From a bacterium (GTDB lineage: Bacteria > Patescibacteriota > Patescibacteriia > UBA9934 > GWF2-40-263), in assembly GCA_021789915.1 (NCBI GenBank), contig JAJYIV010000001.1, positions 375-64,374 on the forward strand: DNA of 64,000 nucleotides. The letters run 5' to 3'. Under the pieces are notes generated by a model. That model worked only from the letters and a program-made list of their open reading frames with translations, was not told the origin of the DNA and searched no databases. Shown one piece after another: positions 17,676 through 26,008 of the stretch (the stretch's first letter is position 1; each line of letters opens with the position of its first letter). A program made the position numbers and the translations under genes.

Positions 17676-19493
17676 ATGATGCAATCAAACTATTTCCATT
17701 CTTCTATGCCCAATCTTGAACGCCTGCCCTCACGCAAAGGGCCGGAGGTCCCGCCTATTCCCGGCGAACGGGCGCAAACGCCGGAGCAGCGCGCCGCCGC
17801 GCTGGAACGTCTGAAAAACATCAAAAAGGAAGCCAAAGAAACCCTGGCGAGGGCGTCGGAAGAAGCGCGCCGCCTGTCCAAACGTCTGAGGCTGGGCGAA
17901 CAGAAAGCCTTGGCGGAAGAAGAGCAGGCAAACGCGGAAGGAATGCCGGTGGAATCCCCGTCCGTCGCAAAGAAGGGGTTGTTCGGGCGCTTGGCAAAAC
18001 TGTTCCGCCGCTCGCCGGAAAAGGCCGAGTTCAAGCGGATGATGAAAGAAGGGAAAAAAATGGCGCGGGTGGAAAAGGAGGAAGCGGCTGCCTGGGCCGT
18101 GCATGAGAAGGAAGAGGCCCTTGCGCAGATGACCGTCGCGGAGCACGAGGCGGCATTCGGCAAGGCGGGCGCCAAAGCCGCAGAACGGGCGCGCAAAGCC
18201 GAGGCCGCCGAGGCCGCGGCGGCGGGGAAACGGGCACGGACGGAAATGGCGGAAGAGTTCGCAGCCATGAAAGAAAGGGAGGGAAAGATGTCTGCAGAGG
18301 CGAAACGGGCCGAAGGGTACATGAGGGAGGGGAATGAGCGTTTCATGGAGCTGATCGCCGAGGGGAAAGAACCGGAGGAAGCCGTACGCCTGATGGGACC
18401 GACCATGGCGGAGCTGGCCGCGGCCGGGCTGCGCCGCGCCGGCGAACAAGCGAAGCGCGCCGGTGGCGCCGCCGCCAGGGGCCTTGACGTCGGCCTCGGA
18501 TGGACGGAAAAGCAGCTGACGGGTTCACGGGGCCTCTTGGCGCACGGGGTGGAAACGTACAACAAGGCGAGCAAGGCGGTGAACGAGAAACTCGATGATC
18601 TCACCCTCGCCGCCGGACGCGGCGTGGCCAAGGGCGCCCGAGCCGGCGTCGAGGCCGCCAAATTCGTGCGGGCGCAGACGAAGCGCGGGCCGACGGTGAG
18701 CGAGGCAGCGCGGAGTGTGGCGGAAAGCGCAGCAGCCTTGCGCGCCAGGACGACTGGCCGCGGACCGACGATTGGAGAAGCGGCGCGCATGGGGAAAGAA
18801 GTCATCGGACGAGGCGTCGGCAAGGCGGGCGAGCTCGCGGCGGCTGGATTGGAAAAGGGCGCCGGGCTCACGGCGGCCGGACTGGAAAAGGCGGCCGCGA
18901 AAGCGCGGGGCTTCGAGCAACGCCGCGGACGAAAGCCCGACGAGGAAGAGGAACTCGGCCCCGTGGAGATCGAAGAAGAAGCCGTGATGGAGGGCGCGCC
19001 GGAATCCATCGACATCGCGTCGGCCGTGGCCGAAGCGGCGGACAAGCGCCGCCTTCCGCGCAATTTCGACGAAGAGTTGCGCCGGCTCATCTCGTTCAAA
19101 GCGGATTCCCACAAGCTGTATACTCCGGCCATCGACGCCATCGAGCGTCTGATCGAAGGGACGGGAAACGAGTCCGACGCGCACGTGCGGGAGCTGTACT
19201 TCGACGGCTGGACGAACGCGCAGCTCGAAGCGCTGGTCGAGCGCGCGGAAGGCGGCGTGAACCAGCTCGAGTTCCGCGCTACCCTCAAGAACCTCGTCAG
19301 CTGGGCGAAGCGATATCCCGTCGCGTATGAACGCGAAATGGACAATATCAAACGGTATGCGGCCGGACAGAATCTGGAAGGGCGCGCCGTCAAATACCCC
19401 CGGTGGACGAATGAAGATTTCCAAGCCTTGCTCAACGAAGTGACGGGCCAGGTCGAACGGCAAAACGCACGCAGAACCGCGAGCAACGAGTAA
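17676..19493 (+). CDS. hypothetical Ala/Glu/Lys-rich coiled-coil protein
   Basis: About 605 aa, low complexity (AEEA, KRAEA repeats) with a more complex C-terminal region. TATGAT -10-like hexamer overlaps the first ATG, so the true start may be the downstream Met at 17706. Confidence 0.55.
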   Translation: MMQSNYFHSSMPNLERLPSRKGPEVPPIPGERAQTPEQRAAALERLKNIKKEAKETLARASEEARRLSKRLRLGEQKALAEEEQANAEGMPVESPSVAKKGLFGRLAKLFRRSPEKAEFKRMMKEGKKMARVEKEEAAAWAVHEKEEALAQMTVAEHEAAFGKAGAKAAERARKAEAAEAAAAGKRARTEMAEEFAAMKEREGKMSAEAKRAEGYMREGNERFMELIAEGKEPEEAVRLMGPTMAELAAAGLRRAGEQAKRAGGAAARGLDVGLGWTEKQLTGSRGLLAHGVETYNKASKAVNEKLDDLTLAAGRGVAKGARAGVEAAKFVRAQTKRGPTVSEAARSVAESAAALRARTTGRGPTIGEAARMGKEVIGRGVGKAGELAAAGLEKGAGLTAAGLEKAAAKARGFEQRRGRKPDEEEELGPVEIEEEAVMEGAPESIDIASAVAEAADKRRLPRNFDEELRRLISFKADSHKLYTPAIDAIERLIEGTGNESDAHVRELYFDGWTNAQLEALVERAEGGVNQLEFRATLKNLVSWAKRYPVAYEREMDNIKRYAAGQNLEGRAVKYPRWTNEDFQALLNEVTGQVERQNARRTASNE

Positions 19494-19626
19494 TTCGCAG
19501 GTTCCGGACCCGTCCCTTCCGGAAATACGTACGGCGTGGTCCGAGCATATCCGGACGGGAGAATTCCAAAGACGCGAAAAAGGGGTTCACTGTAGGCATA
19601 TTATTTTAGAATAATACCCTTTTTCT

Positions 19627-20640
19627 ATGCCCTTCGCTCTCATCGCCATCCTCGTCGTTTTGTTCGCGGGCGGCGGCGTCACGGCCGCTGCAAACCAGGC
19701 CAAGCCGGGCGACGCGCTGTACGGCTACAAGCTGGCGATCAACGAGCCGGTCGAGACGGCCCTCGCCGGATCGGACGCCGTCAAGGCCGCCCTTGAAGCC
19801 GCGCTCGCGAACCGGCGCCTGGCCGAAGCGGAATCGACGGCGGCCGCCGGCACGCTGACGCCGGCGCTGCAACAGGAAATCCAGGCCAACTTTCAAGCCC
19901 GCGTGGCGGCGGTCCAGCAGCTCGTCCACGCGCTCCAATTCCAAAAGAACTTCCAGGCCGCGTCGACCATCGCCGCGGATCTCGGCACGTCGCTCAGCGC
20001 GCATGCGCAGATACTCGCGCAGCTCTCCGCGAAGGCGGACAAGCCACAGGAAAAAACGTCGCTGGAGGATTTGCAGAGCGCCGTCAAGCAGGAAAGCGAG
20101 CGCGCGGACGCCCAGGACGCGAGCGTCCAGGAGGACGCGTCAAAACAGGCGCCGCCGGACGTGCAGGCCGCCGCGCTCGGCCGCCAAAAATCGGCGCAGA
20201 ACAAAATCGACGAAGTGCAGAAGTACCTCGACACCGTGAAGGACAGGATCGGCGCGGACGCGTATGCCAAGGCTTCCGCGCAGCTCGACGTGGCGAAGGC
20301 CTCCATGAAGGACGGGCAGGCCAAGCTTGACGCGAAGGATGACGCGGGAGCCTTTTCCCTGTTCTCCGCCGCCAGCCGCCAGGCGCAGTCCGCCCAGGAG
20401 ATGGCCCAGGCGAAGGACGAGCTGAACGTGGAGATTGACCTGGAGGAGCAGGGCGAATCCGGCGCGGAGGCGCAACAGGAAACGACGGAGGGCACAAAAG
20501 AACAGGAGCAGAAACAGCAGCAGAAACAGGAGATGGAGAAGCAGCAGGAACAGGAGAAGCAGCCGCAGGAAGCGGCGCCTGAAAAAAGCGGCGCGTCAGC
20601 CGACGTGAACGTGCGCGCCAACGTGCAGCTGGGCGAGTAA
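19627..20640 (+). CDS. DUF5667-domain protein (N-terminal TM anchor, PGDALYGYK motif)
   Basis: 337 aa. N-terminal TM helix. Conserved PGD.LY..K motif typical of DUF5667 proteins. Q/E/K-rich C-terminus. AT-rich promoter-like region 19590-19626. Confidence 0.7.
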   Translation: MPFALIAILVVLFAGGGVTAAANQAKPGDALYGYKLAINEPVETALAGSDAVKAALEAALANRRLAEAESTAAAGTLTPALQQEIQANFQARVAAVQQLVHALQFQKNFQAASTIAADLGTSLSAHAQILAQLSAKADKPQEKTSLEDLQSAVKQESERADAQDASVQEDASKQAPPDVQAAALGRQKSAQNKIDEVQKYLDTVKDRIGADAYAKASAQLDVAKASMKDGQAKLDAKDDAGAFSLFSAASRQAQSAQEMAQAKDELNVEIDLEEQGESGAEAQQETTEGTKEQEQKQQQKQEMEKQQEQEKQPQEAAPEKSGASADVNVRANVQLGE

Positions 20641-20643
20641 GCG

Positions 20644-21039
20644 TTACGCAGGATGGAATGTCAGCGCCGCGCCGTTGATGCAGAAGCGCTTCCCCGTCGT
20701 CTCGCGCGGCCCGTCGTCGAACACGTGGCCCAGATGGCCGCCGCAGCGCGCGCATGTGACTTCAAGGCGATCCATGCCGTGCGATGTGTCGCGCGTGAAG
20801 ATGACGTTTCCCTCACGCACCGGACGATCGAAGCTGGGCCATCCGCAATGCGCGTCAAACTTGTTCCCCGACGAGAACAGCTCGGCGCCACAGGCAGCGC
20901 AGACATACACGCCCCGATCGTTTTTCGACACGTACGCGCTCGAGAACGGCGGTTCGGTCTCCTTCTTGCGCAGGACACGGTATTGCTCGGGCGTCAATTC
21001 CTTCTTCCATTCGGCGTCGGTTTTTTCGGCAGGCTGCAT
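20644..21039 (-). CDS. msrB: peptide-methionine (R)-S-oxide reductase MsrB
   Basis: Start at MQPAEKTD. Two CxxC pairs ([20 protein letters not shown]) and the catalytic Cys region FCINGAAL. Confidence 0.9.
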   Translation of the reverse strand: MQPAEKTDAEWKKELTPEQYRVLRKKETEPPFSSAYVSKNDRGVYVCAACGAELFSSGNKFDAHCGWPSFDRPVREGNVIFTRDTSHGMDRLEVTCARCGGHLGHVFDDGPRETTGKRFCINGAALTFHPA

Positions 21040-21053
21040 AGATTGACAGGCTC

Positions 21054-22895
21054 TTATTCCGGCCGCTTGGCCGCCTCGACCGCGCGCGCAATGAAGTCCG
21101 GCTGCGGGATCACGAGATCTTCTTCCTGCCCGAAGACGTTGACCTTGAAGTCCATCCCTTCGGCTTCCTTCTGGCCGATCACGACCGTCCACGGCACCTT
21201 CATCATCGCCGCGTCGCGGATCTTCTTGCCGACCTTTTCCGGGCTGTCGTCCAGCGCCACGCGCAGGCCCGCCGCCGCGAGCTTCTCCTTCAGGTCGTTC
21301 GCGAAGGGAATGAAATCATCCGAGACGGTCGCGAGACGGATCTGCTCCGGCGCGAGCCACAGCGGGAACGCGCCCGCGAGATGCTCGATCAGCACCGCGG
21401 CAAAGCGTTCGATCGAGCCCATGATCGCGCAATGGATCATCACGATGCGCTCGGATTCTCCTTTTTCGTTGATGCACGAAAGGTCGAAACGCTCCGGCAG
21501 GTTCAGGTCCAGCTGGATCGTCGCGACCTGGTGCTCGCGGCCGAGCGCGTCCATCGCCATGAAATCGAGCTTCGGCCCGTACATCGCCGCCTCGCCCTGG
21601 GCGACGAAGAAATCGGCCTGGCGCGCCCGGGCGATCTTCTCGAGCGCGCGTTCGGCCTCGGCCCAGATTTCCGGCGTGCCGAGGTACTTCTCCGCGCGCG
21701 CCGGATCGTGGAACGAAAGGCGCACGCGGAGCGTGAAGCCGAACGCGCGGTAAAAGCGGTCGATGATCGACCAGATGTTCGCGAATTCCTGCTCGACCTG
21801 GCGGTGCCGGCAGAAGATGTGCGAATCGTCCTGCGTGATCGAGAGGACGCGCGTGAGGCCGCCGAGCTCGCCGGACTGCTCGTCGCGGTAGACCATCGTC
21901 GTCTCGCTGTAGCGCTTCGGCAGCTCGCGGTAGCTGTGCGGCTTGCGCGCGTAGATCTGCGTGTGGTGCGGGCAGTTCATCGGCTTGAGCGCGTACTCGC
22001 GGCCCTCGCGCGCCGCGATGTGGAAGAGCTCGTCGGCGAATTTCGCCCAGTGGCCGGACGTTTCGTAAAGGCTGCGCTTCGTGATGTGCGGAATGGTGAC
22101 GCCCTCGTAGCCGAACGCGGCGCGCAGGTCCTGCACGAAACGGTCGAGCTCGCGGCGCACGATCGTACCGCGCGGCGTCCACAGCGGCAGGCCGCCGCCG
22201 ACCAATTCCGAGAACGTGAACAGGTCGAGTTCCTTGCCGAGCTTGCGGTGGTCGCGCTTCTTCGCTTCCTCGAGCATGGCGAGATATTCGTCGAGCGCCG
22301 CCTGCGTCGCGAAGCAATAGCCGTAGACGCGCTGCAGCTGCGGATTCTTCTCGTTGCCGCGCCAGTATGCGCCGGCGAGCTTGGCGAGCGTGAACGCGCC
22401 GATCTCGCCCGCGTTCGCGACGTGCGGCCCGCGGCACAAGTCGACGAACGGGCCGGTGTAATACACCGACGCCGTTTCGGCTCCCACCCCCCCGCCAGCC
22501 GCCGTGGAACCAGCCGGCAGCCCCCCCTCGGGCAGGGGGGGAATCCCCACATCCTGCGCCTCCTCGGGACGGATGGCCGTGGTCCCCTTCTCCTTCAGCG
22601 CCTTGAGCAGCTCGACCTTGAACGGCTGGTCGCGCTTCTCGAAGAAGACGATCGCGTCGTCGATCGGCATTTCCTCGCGCCGGAACGCGTCGCCGCGCTT
22701 GATGATCTCGCGCATCTTCGCTTCGATCTTCGGAAAATCCTCCTCCGTGATCGGCGCGGGCGTGAGGATGTCGTAATAAAATCCGTCCTCGACGACCGGC
22801 CCGACGCCGAACTTGGCGCCCGGGTAGAGCTCGCTCACCGCGGCGGCGAGCACGTGCGCGGCGGAGTGCCGCATGGCATGGAGTTTCTCATCCAT
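21054..22895 (-). CDS. thrS: threonine--tRNA ligase (no N-terminal TGS domain) with in-frame R3 insertion
   Basis: Start at [17 protein letters not shown] (tRNA_SAD/editing domain). Class II catalytic core and anticodon-binding domain present. Insertion [21 protein letters not shown]. Confidence 0.9.
   Translation of the reverse strand: MDEKLHAMRHSAAHVLAAAVSELYPGAKFGVGPVVEDGFYYDILTPAPITEEDFPKIEAKMREIIKRGDAFRREEMPIDDAIVFFEKRDQPFKVELLKALKEKGTTAIRPEEAQDVGIPPLPEGGLPAGSTAAGGGVGAETASVYYTGPFVDLCRGPHVANAGEIGAFTLAKLAGAYWRGNEKNPQLQRVYGYCFATQAALDEYLAMLEEAKKRDHRKLGKELDLFTFSELVGGGLPLWTPRGTIVRRELDRFVQDLRAAFGYEGVTIPHITKRSLYETSGHWAKFADELFHIAAREGREYALKPMNCPHHTQIYARKPHSYRELPKRYSETTMVYRDEQSGELGGLTRVLSITQDDSHIFCRHRQVEQEFANIWSIIDRFYRAFGFTLRVRLSFHDPARAEKYLGTPEIWAEAERALEKIARARQADFFVAQGEAAMYGPKLDFMAMDALGREHQVATIQLDLNLPERFDLSCINEKGESERIVMIHCAIMGSIERFAAVLIEHLAGAFPLWLAPEQIRLATVSDDFIPFANDLKEKLAAAGLRVALDDSPEKVGKKIRDAAMMKVPWTVVIGQKEAEGMDFKVNVFGQEEDLVIPQPDFIARAVEAAKRPE
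22485..22548. repeat. R3 G/C-run palindromic element inserted in frame in thrS
   Basis: CCCACCCCCCCGCC..GCCGGCAGCCCCCCCTCGGGCAGGGGGGG. The reverse complement matches the GT4 copy at 50921-50982. Confidence 0.7.
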
Positions 22896-23238
22896 ACGTG
22901 TTGAACAAAAAAGAACCCAATCCTCTTGAGTTCTCGGGACCCTGCCGCGAAGGCGGGGCGGTTCCACCCGATTTGCCGCACGCCGATGGCTCCGGCGCGG
23001 GCCGCTTCTTTGCGAACGGAAAGCCTCCGTCCAGGCCGCTCGAGAGGCGGTACGGCTCCCCGCGCGTTCTTCCGGCTTGCAGTCACGGCCGGAAGTCCCT
23101 GGAAACGCGCGAACGGGAGGGCATGTCCTCTGTCATTGCGATAGAAACAGGGTACCAAGCTGTCTGCACGCGTCAAGGCAAAAAAGAAAAGATCCGCAAG
23201 GAGAAGCGGATCAGGACGCGGAGACGGCGCGGCGGTCG
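22896..23238 (-). promoter_or_regulatory. long thrS 5' leader with T-box-like motif and leader terminator
   Basis: Minus-strand read contains GGGTGGAACCGC (T-box consensus GGGTGGNACCGCG) followed by hairpin AGAACTCAAGAGGATTGGGTTCT + TTTTTT immediately 5' of the ATG. 343-nt leader. Confidence 0.3.
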
Positions 23239-23553
23239 TCAGGAAACGATGACGTCGTAGGCGAGCGCCCCGTCGGGACGAGGCGCGCGGGAGAAGCGGA
23301 CGGAATGGCCCTGGCGCTCGAGGCCGCGTGCCACCGCCAGGGCGATGCCGCCGTCCAACTCGTGGCGCGCCACCTCCGGCGGAGCGTGAAGCCGCACGCT
23401 CGGACAAAAGCCCGAGGCCGGATCGTCGCCGCGCAAGGTGGTGAGGCGGAAATGGCGGTCGCCCTCACGGATGTGGCGCTTCGCCTCTCCGAGAAGCAGG
23501 CTGACGGTCTCGTCTCTCGGGACGACGGGCAGATCGATCACGTTCGAAGACAT
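23239..23553 (-). CDS. hypothetical small protein
   Basis: Start at MSSNVIDLPV after GGAG. 104 aa. Confidence 0.4.
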   Translation of the reverse strand: MSSNVIDLPVVPRDETVSLLLGEAKRHIREGDRHFRLTTLRGDDPASGFCPSVRLHAPPEVARHELDGGIALAVARGLERQGHSVRFSRAPRPDGALAYDVIVS

Positions 23554-23709
23554 GCGATTCTCCTCCGGCAAGCTAAACGCCGGACCGGCAGCGTAGCCGA
23601 TCCGGCAAGGCGCGTCAAACGTCGCGCACGAAAAGAAAAGACGGCCTTGTCCAGGCCGTCGACGTGCGGCGGGGAGAACGCGCATGACGTTGCGCGCCTC
23701 CCCGTCCGT

Positions 23710-24552
23710 TCACTTCCCAAGTTTCTTCGCCGCCCAGTCGGGCAGCGCGCCGCGCACGCAGCGCAGCGCCTCCTCGACGGTCATGCCAGCGAGATCCCTG
23801 GTATATTCCTCCGCCGTAGCCGCCGCCGCGGAGACGTCGACGCGGCCTTCCAAGTACTCGGCCAGGCGCCGACCGCGCGGCGTCGCGAGAAGCGCCCGGG
23901 CCTCCTCACGCTCCAGGTGGAGCACGCCGTCTGCGCCCTTGCGCGCGGTGACCCAGTCCGTGAGAGCTTTCGCCGCCTCGACGTCCAGCTCTTCTTCGCC
24001 TTCGTCTGGAACGGCGATCGGCTCCGTGAACCACCAGTGCCTTTCGGGCACTGGCGTCTCGAGCTTCAGCGCCAGAGCGGAGCGGGCAGGGGCGAGCACG
24101 CGCAGGCGCGGCAGCAGCGCGCGGATCTTCGCGTCCAGCCGCGCGAGCAGCGGAGCGTCTTCGGGGACGGCGATGCCGAGCGCCTGCGCCGCCCGCGCCA
24201 GCCGGTGCAGCGACTCGCGCAGCCGCAGCGCGTCGATCACCCACGCCTGCGTCTTCTCCGCCTTGAACGGATCCGGCGCCAGGACGGGCGGCAACAGCTC
24301 GTCGTCGGGGATGCCCTCTCGGAGCATCACACCGAGTACCCGCGTGCCTTGCATGAACTCGCGGCGCGCCTCCGCCGCCAGCGTCCTGCGCGACGCCTCG
24401 TCCAACGCCTCGACGCTCTCGGCGACGGCGTCCGGCTCCCGCTCGCCGCGGTCTCCCAGCTCGAGCAGCGCCGCGTTGGCCGCCTCCTCGAGATCATCTT
24501 CCGTCGTCGCGTCGAGCAGCGCGCTTGCCGCCGTGCGCAGTGTCTCCTCCAT
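23710..24552 (-). CDS. hypothetical protein (acidic, Ala/Leu-rich)
   Basis: Start at MEETLRT after GGAGGAAGAG, downstream of terminator hairpin AGGCCTCTTTTGGCAATCATGCCGAAGAGGCCT + TTTTT (minus strand). Confidence 0.5.
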   Translation of the reverse strand: MEETLRTAASALLDATTEDDLEEAANAALLELGDRGEREPDAVAESVEALDEASRRTLAAEARREFMQGTRVLGVMLREGIPDDELLPPVLAPDPFKAEKTQAWVIDALRLRESLHRLARAAQALGIAVPEDAPLLARLDAKIRALLPRLRVLAPARSALALKLETPVPERHWWFTEPIAVPDEGEEELDVEAAKALTDWVTARKGADGVLHLEREEARALLATPRGRRLAEYLEGRVDVSAAAATAEEYTRDLAGMTVEEALRCVRGALPDWAAKKLGK

Positions 24553-24623
24553 CTCTTCCTCCAAGGAAAAAGGCCTCTTCGGCATGATTGCCAAAAGAGG
24601 CCTACCATATTTTTCGCCTTTCG

Positions 24624-25853
24624 TCAAGGCGTAAGCTCCACGGTGATGTGATCCTTGAACCGCGGCACCGTGCGGATGAAGGGCGGCGTGAACTTCACCT
24701 GAACGTCCGTCGCCAGGCCTTCGTCGACAAGCGTCTTCTTCACCTGATCGGCCGTCATGCCGGCGAAGCGCGCGGGGTCAAGCCCGGCGCTTGCGGTGGA
24801 CGGCACGGCCTGGCCGTCAAGATAGACCTGGATATTGGCGCGCTCGCCGGTCAAATCCACCTTTTCCACCGTCACTTGCAAGCCGGCGGCGTTCACATTG
24901 GAGAATCGTTTCCCTGCCGGCAGATTTTGGAACAGACGGCGCGACGCCAAATCTTGTACGGCCGCCTGATCGTAGAACACCCCTACGACCTGCAGCGTCA
25001 TCGAGAGGTCGAAATGATCCGCCTGGGTCCCGACAGGGACGCTCGTTTTTTGGCTCACGACCGTCACGTCGTAGGAGACGCCCTTCAGCGTGTCGTCCGC
25101 CTGCTGGCGCAAGGCTGCCTCGGCGTCCGCCGTCAATTTCCCTTTCAGGTCATTGGCAGCCTGGTCGATGTCCACTTGCCCGATGGCTGCCACCTGCGCT
25201 TCCCCGCCGGTGAAGGCCGCGGCGTTGTCGGCGTAAATCACCGCCTGCTTGGCGGCGTTCAAACCAGGAATCGTAAAATGCGTGCCCGCGGGAAGATCGC
25301 CGGAAGCGCCTTTCTTGTCCGCATACGCCGGCGCGTCGACGGTCCCGTGGGCCGGCACGGTCACGCCGACATCCAGGCGCATGAGCGTGCCGTCAGGAGC
25401 GAGCAGGCGCGTGGTGCGCACCAGCGGCTGGCGGGAACCCGTCTCGTTGTGCAGCGTAACGGTGCCGCGCGCCGTGCCGATGACCGTTTTGGCCCCCTGT
25501 CCGCCCGGCTGATACGTGGCCGTGCGCGACAGCGCGGTGGACAGCACGCGGCCGCGGATCTCATGATCGGCCGTCGGCGTGCGCACGACGTCCAGGAGGA
25601 AATTCGTCTTGACCGTCTCGACGGTCGGCGTGACGAGAATGTCGGCCTGCACGGTGGAGACGTACACGACGATGACGAGCAGAACGGCCACCACGGCGAC
25701 GAAGCCGAAGGCGATCCGGCGATACAGGCGCAGCGACGGCGACGGCGGAACCGGCTCGCCGGCGCGGCGCACGGAAACGTGTTTGGAAACGGGTTTTTTC
25801 GGCGACATAACGGGCGTGTCGACGTCCTCCTTAAGTGATCTTGTCTGAAGCAT
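24624..25853 (-). CDS. hypothetical membrane-anchored protein (single N-terminal TM helix, large extracytoplasmic domain)
   Basis: TM segment IAFGFVAVVAVLLVIVVYV. Start uncertain (25853 or 25808). Confidence 0.5.
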   Translation of the reverse strand: MLQTRSLKEDVDTPVMSPKKPVSKHVSVRRAGEPVPPSPSLRLYRRIAFGFVAVVAVLLVIVVYVSTVQADILVTPTVETVKTNFLLDVVRTPTADHEIRGRVLSTALSRTATYQPGGQGAKTVIGTARGTVTLHNETGSRQPLVRTTRLLAPDGTLMRLDVGVTVPAHGTVDAPAYADKKGASGDLPAGTHFTIPGLNAAKQAVIYADNAAAFTGGEAQVAAIGQVDIDQAANDLKGKLTADAEAALRQQADDTLKGVSYDVTVVSQKTSVPVGTQADHFDLSMTLQVVGVFYDQAAVQDLASRRLFQNLPAGKRFSNVNAAGLQVTVEKVDLTGERANIQVYLDGQAVPSTASAGLDPARFAGMTADQVKKTLVDEGLATDVQVKFTPPFIRTVPRFKDHITVELTP

Positions 25854-26008
25854 AGCAGAAAAGCCGCGGCGGCGCGAGCGGAACGGTGGCGGGCATTTGG
25901 CAACTGACATCTGGCTGTTGGTTCGCGGCGGGGAACCCGCCTGCGTCCTTCGAACTACGGCGGGCAGGCAAGCCCCGCGCTACGTGCCTCGCCCTAGCTA
26001 CGAGCTGC

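Noticed and set aside
22898-23260. Small + strand ORFs in the thrS leader region
   Set aside because: The region is better explained as a non-coding regulatory leader (T-box-like motif and terminator). These ORFs lack RBSs and coding bias.
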